Of a DNA stretch of 64,000 bases, positions 1 to 12,617 are shown piece after piece (the stretch's first letter is position 1; each line of letters begins with the position of its first letter). A model generated the notes under the pieces. The model saw only the letters and a list, made by a program, of their open reading frames with translations. It made no database searches and was not told the DNA's origin. The translations under genes were made by a program, and so were the position numbers. The stretch spans positions 152,708,001 through 152,772,000 of the forward strand of contig CM059432.1 of NCBI GenBank assembly GCA_030390025.1. Reading direction: 5' to 3'. This DNA comes from Squalus acanthias (lineage: Eukaryota).

Positions 1-35
1 CTGGTTTGTCTTCTGTTGACTTGCATTTTTTTCAG

Positions 36-75
36 CAAAATACAAGCCATGAGCAGTGGGGGTGCTGGAGCCCAA
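36..75 (+). other. Candidate host-gene exon (unidentified)
   Basis: Branch-like TTGAC, T-tract and CAG acceptor at 33-35. Either a 40-nt exon ending at CAA|gttagt (contains gccATG at 49, MSSGGAGAQ) or a terminal exon ending KYKP* followed by an AT-rich UTR. No protein recognised. Confidence 0.25.
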
Positions 76-1661
76 GTTAGTTAACAAATTGTTGCATTTT
101 AGCATCTCTGCCTTGGAACTGGGGCAATTGGGAAGCCTGTCACTTTACAGGAAGATTTTAAAACTTTTTTAGAAAGATATTCAATATAATATAAATGTAT
201 TTTACCTGAATATCTGAGGATACTTTTTTATAGTGTTGCATAAAGTGCACGTTTGTTTCCCCCTTTTCTACAATGACCTAGGAGCAGCATTGCCTGTGGC
301 TTGCTCCGCACAGACCTGATTGACCCATGTTACACAATGAAACTAGCTGTAGTTTTCTGAATGGAGCGATTTTGTTGCATTCCGAACAATCGGGAACTAC
401 AATCGCGAAATAATTATTAACAAAGAAAGAACTTTAGAAAATGGCAAAACATCATGGTCCAAGTCGTGTAGTGCGGCCTCACTTTTACAAGTGGGAGAGG
501 GTGGGGACGGAGCAGTTCCTGGGTCCCAGGGACTGTTGAAGATCAAGACCCTCACAGGGTGCCACAGCTAAGACAAGTGATATGTTCCAACAAATGATGT
601 GCTATCACACAGTTTTGGGCATTTTCAGCATCTTTGGGTTACTTTATGCTAAATTCTAATACTCTGGCAGCAAGTCACACTACATGAGGTAAGTGTAGAA
701 ATTCTCAGGATTTGTTATGGGACCTCATGCTATGCCAAACCACTTCCCTCAGCTATAAGTACCTACATATACACTGGTAGGCTTTCCGAGTCCTTGCATG
801 CGGGTAGTAGACCTGCGGATTTCAGATGTTTACAGTGTGTGAGGACTGGGGCAATCTACCTTACGCTGTATGTAAAATGAGTGCCTCAGGTTTGAATCCG
901 GGTGTTTCTAGCAGAATGGGGTTTCCATATTCCGAGTGCATTCTGGAGTAGGTTACTGTACTGATCCACATTAAATTCAGCACCATTTGACTTGAATTAC
1001 CTTCTGGCACTAAGTGAGCAGGCAGGGCCATCTTGAAGACTGAGCAATCCAGCAGTATACAATGCCCTCTTTCATTAGACTGTCTGAACAGTCGGATTTC
1101 CTGACTGTTGTTCAGGAAGCTGCACACTGAATACAAAGACCTCAGCAGAATAAACGTTGATGGGTTTGTGCCACAGTTCTACTGTTCACCCGAGTCTCTT
1201 CTGGCCAGTCACGGAGCTGGAAACTATGCAAGGGGCAGACTTTTCTCTTGCTTTTGGGTTTTTGTGGATCATTTGGGCATTGTGCAGAGAGGAAAATCAG
1301 AGGAGGAAAATCGCACTACGGTAAACAAAGTCTGTCTGATTTTCCGTCCAATTAAATTAATGGATGGAAAATTGGACACAGGTCCGTTACAGGCAAGTGA
1401 TCCTTCCCGCTGGATTTTCCTCTCTGTGCTGTGTTCAGGACATCCTATATGGTTAGGCAGAAAAGAGGCAAACTCTCTGGATTGAGCTGTTCCATTTGAT
1501 TGTCTGATAGCAGTTTATTAAACAGATTATTATGTAAACCCTGCAGAGAACAATCAAGACTATTGTTACCACAAATTTAAATAAGCAGAGTGTCTTTGTC
1601 TGAAGTTCATTGTGCAGAGCAGTTAACCATCTATAAAATCAACTTCCAAAAACCTATCTAC

Positions 1662-1848
1662 GGAGATCATTTCAACTTCGCCGCCTGGGCTGTAATCTAC
1701 TGGAGTGGATCAACTCCCAGCTTCAGAACCCATGCAATTGTGGTTCCATTGATTTGAATGGAATGAAAATCGGCCGAGTTCTACAGCGGACGGGTGATCC
1801 CACTCTGCCAGCTTACCGCCCAGGCGGAGAAATTGGAAATGACCACCC
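1662..1848. mobile_element. Short MITE-like element with long imperfect inverted termini
   Basis: tcatttcaacttcgccgcctgggc at the left end is complementary to gcccaggcggagaaattggaaatga at the right end. Confidence 0.5.
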
Positions 1849-2235
1849 TAGTAGTCCAGAATAGATTGGTCGAATTATTTCACATTTTCTTCATCCTAAT
1901 TCATTCTTTAAAGCCAGAATGACTCCACCATGTTTGAAAGTGTATTCTCTTTCTAAACAGAGATTCACCTTTGATTGGCATTCATTTCTCTAATTTGAAA
2001 TCAACCGCGGATTGAGATTCAGACCGAGACTAGAATCATTGACTTTTAGAGCACGGAAGGAGGCTGTTGACCCCACAGTACTGGCTCACTGAAGGAGATA
2101 TCCCATTGTACTGCACTTTCTTCAAACCCGGTTCAACTTTTCTTTCTCAAAATAGAATCACAGAACCAACAGCCCAAGTTTTAGCTCGGTGATCAAGAGG
2201 ACTGTTTGAAGCCCTGCAAAGGGTGCTGGAGTATC

Positions 2236-2760
2236 TTAGCTCAGTCGATAGCATTCCCACCTCTAAGGTAGAAGGTAGTGGGCTCAAGTCCCACTTCAGA
2301 GACTTTGAGCACAAAATCTAGGCTGAGACTCCAGTGAATACTGAGGGAAAGAAAGACTTGCATTTATATAGCACCTTTCACGACCTCAGGACGTCCCAAA
2401 GCGCTTTACAGCCAGTGGAGTACTTTTGAAGCGTAGTCACTGTTGTAAGCAGTCAATTTGCACACAGAAAGCTCCCACAAACACCAATGTGATAATCTGT
2501 TTTTTTTTAGTGATGTTGATTGAGGGATAAATATTGGCAGGACACCGGTGATAATTCCCCTGCTCTTCTTCAAAATAGTGCCATGGGATCTTATACGTCC
2601 ATCTGAGCAGGCAGACAGGGCCTTGGTTTAACGACTCATCCGAAAGACGGCACCTCCGACAGTGCAGAGGGAGTGCTGCACTGTCTGAGGTGCCGTTCAT
2701 CGATTGGTTCGACCTGAGGTCATGAAAGGTGCTATATAAATGCAAGTCTTTCGTTCTTTT
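2236..2760 (+). mobile_element. Deu-domain tRNA-derived SINE (SacSINE1-like), internally deleted and interrupted by an inverted SINE
   Basis: tRNA-like head (gctcagtcgatagc ... gggctcaagtccc) at 2236-2348; resumes at 2673; tail gctatataaatgcaagtctttc. Confidence 0.8.
2349..2666 (-). mobile_element. 5'-truncated SINE of the same family inserted antisense
   Basis: Reverse complement of the Deu core and tail; flanked by direct repeat GAGGGA (2343-2348, 2667-2672). Confidence 0.8.
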
Positions 2761-3760
2761 TCCTGTGGAATTCCAACTTGTCATAGTAACAGCATCCATA
2801 TGATGTGCGCACACACAGGCGCTTCTAATCTGAGCACAGGTACGTACAAGATGGGATCAACACTCAGCAATTATGTTTGTTTGTCTAGAAATGGGATTTC
2901 TTCACTTGAGAATAAAAATTGTTGACTCTGTGCCGTGCAGAGTGTCACAGCTTGACTTATTCTGACGATATTTCCACGCACTCAGTTGCAAACGGAACCA
3001 ATCCCTTGATGGCATCTTTCTTAATTTTCCCAGCTTTCGTTTTAATAGCAAAATGCAGGCAATTACTTGTCAATTTCTTAAATGTTTCGCAGTTATGAAA
3101 GTCTGGCCAGCTGGGAAAGAATTCTCACTGCTCTGGAAGCAGAGCTTTGTTCTCAGGCTTCAGCATTGCTCAGTCTGGGATAAATCAGAAACGTATTAGA
3201 TAGATTGCTGCTCCCAAAAGACACAGTGAAATAACCTTCGCTCCCAGCCTTTGGGAAATGAGCAAACAGTCACGTTCCACTCGGCTCTCTCTATTAAACA
3301 AAGACCTAAGTGTGCGCAGATTGGTGCGTAACACAATTTATAAAGATACTACCTCAGACATTTCTGGCAGAGCAGAGCTATTAAACTATATTAGCTCATC
3401 AGGCTCATTCCAGTTACATAGTCGTAGTGTTTCACCTTCCTCTGTCACAACACCTTCACAGAGACAGGGCTTTTATGTTTATAGCCTAAAAATGGTCACA
3501 AAAATAGGGCTTCATCGATCTGAAGTCAATAAAATTAGCACATTGTATCAGTGGTCCACAGCCCTCTGACCCTCGGCACTGCGTTATCTACTGATGCATG
3601 TGTTTTAAAATGACAAAAAGCTGTCAAAAACTTGGAAGTGTTTGGATTTGTTCCTTGTGTTTGTGTGGTCAGGTCGCCAATTGTCCAAACCAACTCCAAG
3701 CTCATCTCTGACTCTTCAGCCCCACCCCCCACCCCATCCCCTCCAATCCTTTCCACTATA

Positions 3761-3914
3761 GGGTAAATCCGTCAGTCTTCAACTCCCAGCTGAGACTGCA
3801 TTTGAAGAGAACGTGGGTCAGAAGCAAGGCTACAACACTTGAAGCCAATTCTCCAACTCGTGCTTCCTCAAAGTGCAGCTCCCCGCCGGGAGCATGGGAT
3901 CGGTGAATTTACCC
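3761..3914. mobile_element. Small MITE-like element
   Basis: Termini gggtaaatcc ... gaatttaccc. Confidence 0.35.
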
Positions 3915-4689
3915 TTCTATCCCGACTTTTCAATGTTCCGGCGCTCCCTCGCCCTTTAACTAGAAGTGTGGGACCGTTTAGTGCTTCTAATTTATTCACT
4001 ACTGCTGCTGGCACAAAAATATACATAATTGATATTCTATTCCTGCTTCCTTCCCCATGATGGAGCGCTGATCTAGCATGAGACATGTTGTTGAGGAGCC
4101 TAGCTAAGACCCAGCAGAACTTGTCAATTGAAGGTAGTTAGGATTGACTGCCAGTTGAGGTGGAGATCTCGAGTCTGTCCCTCCTGATTTAGAGTCCAGT
4201 TCTCCTTTGAATGGCCCATATTTTTCACTTTGAACTAACATGGTGCAGACTGCACATGCTGTCTGAACTGCAGGAAAATTGTAGCGTGAAATGACTGATA
4301 ATTATAAAATGCTGCACTCATGGTAATGTCTACTTTCAATGGAAAATTATTGTCACTTGTGGTGTATTTCCATGAAAATCCTCTTACAGTGATCTTGTTG
4401 CGAATGTTCCATGGAGTAAGTTACAAACCACTAACTGCTGCGTGACATAAATCAAATTTTGATATTTTCAAACAAGTGATGGAAGCTGAAACAGGCTGAA
4501 GCAGCACATGGAAAACTCCCAGGTATGTTGAAACTGTAGACAGTAAAAGGTGTGTGTTATTAGAATTGTGTTTGGGCCGGTGTTTCAGACTGTGGCGCCT
4601 CATTAGGGTCCCAGGTGGTGATGCTCTTCTACTCGAGGTTTACTTGACATCTACGACTTGCACTTTACAAATAGAGGGAAGGAAAATGG

Positions 4690-5880
4690 ATGGTGAGCTG
4701 GAAAGAAGAGACTAGGAGGTGTGATATGGATATGTATAGCAGAGCTTTTGACAAGTTTGAGTTTATGGAGGCTGCATGATGGGAGGCCAGTAAGGAGAGT
4801 GTTGCAATAATCGAGTCTTGAAGTGACAAAGGCATCCATGAGGGTTTCAGCAGCAGAGGAGCTGTGGAGGTGGGCAATACTGCAGTGCTGGAGCAAATGG
4901 TCTGGACAATGGATAGGATGTGGGGTGTAAAGACCAACCTGGGTCAAACAGGAGAGTAAGATTACAGATGGCCTAGTTCAGCCTGCGAGAGTGGCTGGGC
5001 AGGAGGATGGAATCAGTGACAAGGAGGGATTGAATCTTGAGCAAGAGACTAGAGTTTGTGACTGGGACTGAGGACAATAGCTCTGATCTCCCTAATGTTC
5101 ACCTGGAGGAAATTGTGACTTGTCCAACACTTGATGTCGGACAAGCAGTCTGACAGCATGGGGACAGTCCCATGAGTTGAGAGAAATGGCGAAGAGGTAT
5201 CATTAGTATGCATGTGAAAACTGATGCGTGCCTGCAGATGACGATGTTGAGGGGCAGCATGTAGATAAGGTACAGGAGAGGGCCAAGGATGGATCCCTGA
5301 GGCACTTCCAAGGTAATGGCATTAGGGAGGGAAGAGAAACCATTGTTGGAGATGCACTAGATGTGTTAAGATAAGGAGGTCTGGAACCATGCAAGGTCAC
5401 TTCCATGGAGCTGGACAATAGAAAAGAGGCATTGGAGTAGGATGGTGAGGGCATCTATATCGAACACTGCAGAGAGATCAAGGAAGGATAAGGCACCACT
5501 GTTGCGGGCACAGAGGAAGTCATTCATGATTCTAACTAGGGCTATTTTGGAGCCGTGAGAAGGGAGGAAGTCAGACTGTAGGGATTCGAATTTTGGGAAA
5601 GATGGGTCCAAAGCTGGGAGGCTGAGAGAGGAATTGGAAATTGATGATGCGACCACAGTTGGAGAAGATGAATGAGTCGTAGGTGGGTTTCTGAGGGGAA
5701 GGAGTGATGATGACAGATTTGAAGGGGAGAGGGTGATGCCTAAGAAAGGGATGCAGTCATGATGCCAGCTAGAATTAGTGCCAAGAAAGAGAATTGAATG
5801 AGGAGAGGATCAAGGCAGCAGAAAGTGAATATCTTGGAGAAGATAAGCTTTTGAGGGATTGGGGTAGGATGGGGGAGGGA
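4690..5880 (-). mobile_element. Decayed L2-clade LINE ORF2 (RT) fragment
   Basis: Minus-strand peptides FLDLSAVFD, VPQGSILGPLLYLIYMLPL, AFVTSRLDYCNTLLTGLP are typical of L2 RT; frameshifted. Confidence 0.85.
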
Positions 5881-6452
5881 AGATTAGTGAGAAACTGCAA
5901 AGTCTATGGGGATGAAAAAGGTGACATTAGTTTTGAGATTGGCATGGTACAGCAATAGTTGTTCTGGAGCATAGGAAGTCAAGGAGATGCACCATGTCAT
6001 TTTTTGCTGACTAAAGAATAAATTGAGGTGGCCAGCCCATGGGCTGTACTTTGATGAATGGGTAGGTGTAATGATGAGCCAAGGGTCAAAATATCTAGTC
6101 GTTTGCCATCCACTCCAGGCTGTTTTCATTGATTTGTTTTGTGATGACTCTGCTGTTCAAATAATGTTTATTTTGATCGCATTGGTGATTAAAGGGCTCA
6201 ACTGTTCATGACCATAATTATGTGTTTATTTCAGGAATTTTTGGAGGGAATAATAATGTCATAAAATCATGACTATCTTTTGTATTGATAAAATTATGTT
6301 TAACTGACACATCCTCGGGTATTTTCTCGGTTACCTTGCATTACTTCATTGAAGTGTGTACCTCCACAAGCTGTTTACTGTCGAAGAAAGTTGACAATAA
6401 AGGGACTGAATTTGCTGAAAACGTGCGCATCTATGGTGTACATTATTATTAT

Positions 6453-7282
6453 GGTGCAGAAATTGCAGGATATTCTGGCGTGAATGACTTACGCCATTAC
6501 GTATGCCATGCCATGACTTGCTGGGACTTTTGCGCTGTTCCACAGAGACCCTCGTTGAAAAAGTTGAATTGCTAATTATCATAGCCCCGCCCCTTATTAA
6601 AATCAATGGCGAAGTCGGGTTTGCCGAATTAACGGCACTGTGATTGCCGCAGCTGCTTAGACCATTACAAAACGGCACTGGAGGGCTGAAAGTCAGTAAC
6701 GTATTCAATCGCTCAGCAGGTTGCCTGAGGGTAAGATTTTTACTGACTTGTTCTCGAAACTTCATTGAAATCTTAAACCTCAATTAAGTCATAAAATAAG
6801 TGTTTTGACAGCAAGGTATGTTCTGATTTTCGCCCAACTGATATTTTTATATTATGATTTATTGAGCTTGTGTGCTAAGCATGGATTGCAGCCAGTATGA
6901 AATATGGCTAGGGATTGCACGCAGTTTGGGAGATGGCACTATGCACACGGGTCCCTTCTTAACACCGATTTATATACTTATACTGTTTCAACATAACCTC
7001 AATAATCAATTTAAACCCAACCTGGACATTCGGTACGTACATACTGTGACCCATCCCCACCTTATCAGATTGGAGCTATTGCTCCCAAGCATGTCCTTGT
7101 TAAATAACCTTTGATGTGTACCAGACGTTGGCCGCTCCCGATCCACCGCTATGCTCGCTGCGGCATTTTCTAATTCTTTCTCCAGCAAATTGTGGCGTGA
7201 ATTCACCACTGGAGGATCAGGGAGCACGACAGTTTAACGTTACCGTTCATCGCCAATATCCCCATTGCAGCAAATTCTATTT
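6453..7282. mobile_element. Old non-autonomous Harbinger-type element
   Basis: Degenerate termini ggtgcagaaattgc ... gcaaattcta; CpG-enriched subterminal regions like the other MITEs here. Confidence 0.4.
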
Positions 7283-8959
7283 TTTATTCGGATATAAGTC
7301 GTGACTATTATTTAAACTGTTATTTCAATGCAATGTAAGATGTATCCCATCCCTCGCGGGTCAGCATTGTTAGAACTTCATGAGTGGCCTGTGCCCTTCT
7401 TCATATTTCTAATCCCAGTTTATTATACAGATTTTGGAGTTTTTACAGAGGAAATTTTTAAGAACTCATAAATGTTATTTGGGTTTTTGCACCATTCTGT
7501 AGGAGGAGAGCAAGTTCAGTGAGAAAGAACAAACTTGTATTTATGTCATCTCGCCTCTCAAACATTCCAAAGTACTTAGCGTACAAGATTTTCCAGTCCC
7601 CAAAATCTGTGATGTAAGAATGGAACAGGTAGGCTAAGATCTATGTAGCCGGATCTTCACTCTTAGCTGGTGAGTTTAAATTTCCGGCAGGCATTTAAGA
7701 CTAATGTAGAGTGGCCTTGCCAAAAATGTGGCGCAACTTCCTTTACTTATTACAATATATTTAAATGAACATAATTACGCAGGAAAATACATGACCGGAA
7801 AAGTCTCTGCAGTCCATCTGGCTAGTCCCAAGGACTGATAACTCTCCATCGCCCCTCCCTCAAATATTTATCCAGTTCTCCTTTATATTTTTCTACACTA
7901 CCTGCCTCCCTGGACACTGCCTCTCATGCACCCGTCACTTGAATCCCAGGTGATTTTCCAGCTACTGAAGCTGGGATTGAGCTTGGCGCTCTACACTCAT
8001 TTGGAGTGGGCCTATGGGAAGCTTCTTGAGCGATGAAGACCTTACAGACTCTAAGGCTTCTGGGGGTTTTTTGTTGTTGGCATTTTTATGATTTTTTTAA
8101 ATCAATTTAAAAAAAGAATTTGGCGATTTGTTTTTCTTTCTCATAACCGTACATAATGTTTGTGCGGAACCTAAAATAACTGAATATTGTCTGCTGATTT
8201 ACCAGATAGTCGATTGTAACTAAAGCATTTGGAAGATGTCAGCAGACCAGGAACAGCTGAAGAAAGGGATGAGATGTCTGAGTTTAGGGAGTGGCACAGC
8301 ATTAAAGGGAAGTGTCTGGCATTTGGCAAGTCAAGTTAAAGTTAGCGATGGAGGTTAAGTTTGAATGCCCCCCTCACAGTATTTCGAGATCAACAGGCGC
8401 CAGAGCTGGACTCTCTACATCTACCATTATGTCACCAACCATAACTACAGGCCCTGGCACACCTATCTGGCAATGATCGCAGGCCATTTGCTGCAAGGCA
8501 CCTGCACCATAGGGACAGCACAGTCGTTGACAGTTAAGAGAGAATTTTATGAGTTTTCATTCCCTGCGTAAAGCCTCATCTACTGGCAGCGCCCATCGGG
8601 GATTGAGGAATGCGCAACCCGCTTGAATGAAATGAAAGGATGGAAAACCATGGCCGGCACTTGTCCGCACTCCCAATATTTAGTCCTAGTGGGTGAGACT
8701 CTGTCCTAGTGGAGGAGCACAAACTCGTAAAGTGATACCTTTAAAGTTACCTCTTCTCTCAGCTCCTACCTCCTGCAGGCTGTCATCTGGATGGAGTGCC
8801 AAACAGAGCACACCTACCTACTGGAGCAACAGCTCCACTTAAGCAGCCCCTAGACTTTGGATTCAAGTGCTACTCCGCTCCATCTCTCTTGTTTCTTGCC
8901 TCCACAATTATTTTCTTAGCCACTGAATTTTCAGACACTTTTCTTTTGCCCCAAACATC

Positions 8960-9941
8960 GCAAAGGAAGATGGTTGTGGTGGTTGAAGGTCAATCATCAC
9001 AGCCCCAGGACATCGCTGCAGGAGTTCCTCAGGGCAGTGTCCTAGGCCCAACCATCTTCAGCTGCTTCATCAATGACCTTCCCTCTATCATAAGGTCCAA
9101 AGTGGGGATATTCACTGATGACTGCACAGTGTTCAGCGCCATTCGCAACTCCAAGATAATGAAGCAGTCCGTGCCCACATGCAGCAAGACCTGGATGACA
9201 TTCAGGCTTGGGCTGATGAGTGGCAGGAAACATTCGCGCCACACAAGTGCCAGGCAATGACTATCTCCAACAAGAGAGAGTCTAACCACCGCCCCTTGAC
9301 ATTCAACGGCATTACCATCGCCGAATCCTGGGGGTCACCATTGACCAGAAACTTAGCTGGATCAGCCACTTTAGTACTGTGGCTCCAGGAGCAGGTCAGA
9401 GGCTGGGTATTCTGCGGCGAGTGTCTCACCTCCTGACTCCCCAAAGCCTTTCCACCATCTACAAGGCACAAATCAGGAAGCCCGACACCATCCAGGACAA
9501 AGCAGCCTGTGTGATAGACACCCCATCCACCACCTTAAATATTCACTGGCTCCACCACCGGCATACCGTGGCTGCAGTGTGTACCATCTACAAGATTCAC
9601 TGCAGCAACTCGCCAAGGCTTCTTCAGCAGCACCTCCCAAACCCGCGACCTCTTCCACCTAGAAGGACATGGGTAGCAGGCGCATGGGAACACCACCACC
9701 TCCAAGTTCCCCTTCAAGTCACACACCATCCTGATTTGGAAATATATCACCGTTCCTTCATCGTCGCTGGGTCAAAATCCTGGAACTCTCTCCCTACCAG
9801 CACTATGGGAGTACCTTCACCACACGGACTGCAGCGGTTCAAGAAGGCGGCTCACCACCAGCTTCTGGAGAGCAATTAGGGATGGGCAATAAAGCCTGGC
9901 CTTGCCAGTGATGCCCACGTCCCATAAACGAATGAAAGAAA
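8960..9941 (+). mobile_element. LINE family B (CR1/L2/Jockey group), 5'-truncated
   Basis: [19 protein letters not shown] motifs; 3' UTR gggatgggcaataaa...A-rich tail shared with four other copies. Confidence 0.9.
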
Positions 9942-10185
9942 GGTTTTGTAATGGCTGAAAAGTTTATTTTCCTCCAACTTTGCCTTTGCGTGCCATCATC
10001 CTTTTCCCAGTAGCCTTTTAAGATTTGCTCACTCGTGTAATTTCCAACTCCACCCCTTCAGCCAGCTCCCAGAAAGAGGCTCAGTATGGGCAGAGAGCTC
10101 ACTAGGAATATTTAATTTGCATCAAACCCAAGAAATCTGCCCAAATTAAGTCACTTTTCTTAAGTATCATGGAAAATCTGGTTTC

Positions 10186-10289
10186 TTTAAACATCAGTCA
10201 CCGCTGTTATATTAGCAAGCATGGGAGCCTTTTTGCATACAGCAAGATCCCACAAAGAGCATGAGTTGAATGATTTTAGTTGAGGGAGG
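10186..10289 (-). mobile_element. Deu SINE 3' part, split by the Gypsy insertion (continues at 19222-19430)
   Basis: SINE sequence ...ttgagggagg|aatgttggccaggacac is rejoined when the LTR element is removed. Confidence 0.7.
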
Positions 10290-10409
10290 TGTGATATCTT
10301 GTGACACAGCATATATATACAACAGCACAACATGGCTTCCGGTAAGAACTGTACTGCATATGGCTTTATTATTATATACATCAGTAGTCCATCAGGTGGC
10401 TCTATTACA
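10290..10409 (-). repeat. 3' LTR (120 bp)
   Basis: tgtgatatctt...tctattaca matches 19110-19221; minus-strand polypurine tract GGAGGGAGAAG is adjacent (10410-10420). Confidence 0.9.
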
Positions 10410-10563
10410 CTTCTCCCTCCTTATTGAAGAAGTTAATCATGGCAAATAATAATTGTACATGACTTGCATGGTATACACAACTCTTAGTATACATTTCTCA
10501 AATGGAACCCATTTTATGTTTCCAAATTCTACTATAGAATTCTGTAATACAAACAACAGATAT

Positions 10564-11361
10564 GGGGGGAAAAATTTGGTTGGTTAGTGCCTCCAGGGGA
10601 CGGTAACGGGGCGCTAGGAACTTAGCGCCCAAGCACGGCAATTTTAGCACCGCTTGTGAAATTGACCAGTCGTTTTGCGGCGGCACTAAACACTACCGCC
10701 ACAATCTCTTGCGCCCGCAGATCGTGACGTCAGTCGAGAGTGTAGCGCCCTGGACTGGAAATTGAGTTGCGCCCCTGCCTTAGTGCCTGCCGCTAGGAAC
10801 GACAGGTAGAGGGAAACGTTTTCAAGTTGGGAAGGGGCTGGGGGAGCGCTATTTAAAGGCGCTGGGTTTTCTTGTTGACAAAATTTTTGGAACACGCAGG
10901 TTGAGAGGGAGAGACACGTCTGGAGAGATTTAATGCTGTCCTAAGATTTTGGTCCTCAGCACCACCTTTGAGGTTCCTAAGCACTGAGCTCTTTCCCTGG
11001 GCCTATCCATTAGTGGTTCTAACACAATTGCTTTCGAGGTCTCTCCAGGCCGAGATTCAAGGCTGCAATGAGCAGGATGTGGCTGGCTAGCAAGATGGCC
11101 CCTCCCCTTTAAGAACTGAATGTCTGTCTGGCTTCCATGGTAACGGACATCGTCTGAGCTTCGGTAGCGTTCTGAGGTAGCGCCTCGCTCCCTGACGTTA
11201 GTGCCTTAAGAGGTGTGTAGCGCTTAATTTAGCGCTCAAATCACCTCCAGGGACGATAGAGGCGAATTTTGCAGTCGGAGGCGATAATTAGTGCCAGGCA
11301 CTAAACTTTGCTCCCGGCCGATATTAGCGCCCCAAAATGGGCGATACCCAATTTTTCCCCC
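10564..11361 (-). mobile_element. Harbinger-type MITE family A, inserted in the Gypsy 3' region
   Basis: TIR gggggaaaaatt...aatttttccccc; reverse-complement homologue of 33862-34751 and 43571-44471. Confidence 0.85.
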
Positions 11362-11581
11362 ATTAACTTATTTTCTATATTTACAGATTAAACATAACCA
11401 CTGGTTTTCTGTTTCAAAGAGGATACCTTCTTTTTTGAACAGAACGTTAAGATCTTGGTGTAGGACTTTGACTCATTCTAGGTTGAGCCTGCGGAGAATT
11501 TTTCTCCAAGGGCTTACATTGATCTACATTTGGACTCTCTACACTTTCAGACTTTTTGTCTGCCTGACTCGGGCTCAGACT

Positions 11582-12617
11582 TCAATTCTGACTTTGTCTT
11601 GGACTTGTTTCTGGTACGTCTGATGTAGGATTTGCTACTGGTGCTCTACTTGTAACAAGACTATCTGACTCATCAGAATAAATTGAATCATCCCAGCTTT
11701 CAACTCCTTCCACATCTGTAGGTAAGATATGATCAATGTGAACAAACCTAACCTTTCCATGATCAAACATCTTGACCAAATATGTGCGAGGGCCACATAT
11801 CTTCACTACTCTTCATGGTAACCACTTTAACCATTTATGGTGATGGTTCTTCACTCTAACCTTCTGCTTCAACTTCACACTTCTCTCTCTAACTCTACTT
11901 TTATCATGACTCTCTTTCTGCCTTGATTGTTTCTCTTCTACGGACTGTGCCAAGTTTGGCTTTAACAACGAGAACCTGGTTCGTGGCTGTCATTTGAGAA
12001 ACAACTCTGCTGGTTTTCTACCAGTAGTGGTATGAGGAGTATTCCAATAGGTAATCAGAAAATTTGCCAGTTTGTGATCCAACAACAATTGACGTTTCTT
12101 TGGATTTGGATCCAACATTTGCTTGATGAGGGCACGTTTGACAATTTGTACTGTGCGCTCTGCTGCACCATTTGAAGCAGGGTGGTACGGTGGAACTTTG
12201 GTATTTTTCACACCGTTTCTGCTCATGAACTGTGTGAACGCTTCTGAACAAAATTGCGGCCCATTATCAGACACAATTTCTTCTGGGAGGCCGTATGAAG
12301 AAAACAATCTTTGCAAAAATGTATGAGAAATAGAACACTTCTTCCTTATTGGGTGTAAATTGTGGTGGGGATGGCAACCTGGACATAGCATCAGCATTAC
12401 TGTGATCAGCTGATCGTCTCTACTCAATGTCATACGTATACGCTGATAAAATCAAAGCCCATCTCTGCATTCGGGCTGCAGCTAAGGTTGGTACTGGGGA
12501 CTTTGGATGGAGGATTGCTGTCAGGGGCTTATGGTCAGTAACTATGGTAAACTTACGACCAAACAAGTATTTGTGAAACTTCTTGACCCCAAAAATCAAT
12601 GACAAAGCTTCCCTTTC
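11582..12617 (-). pseudogene. Gypsy pol C-terminal part: end of RNase H and integrase core (internally deleted)
   Basis: EREALSLIFGVKKFHKYLFGRKFTIVTDHKPL; YGLPEEIVSDNGPQF...PYHPASNGAAER; NTPHTTTG. Confidence 0.9.

Noticed and set aside
680..694. Strong donor GAG|gtaagt
   Set aside because: The upstream acceptor at ~628 gives stops in all three frames; no coding exon is supported, though a non-coding exon cannot be excluded.
6285..6783. ORFs of 96 and 145 aa
   Set aside because: Non-ATG starts, overlap a MITE-like element, no recognisable domain.
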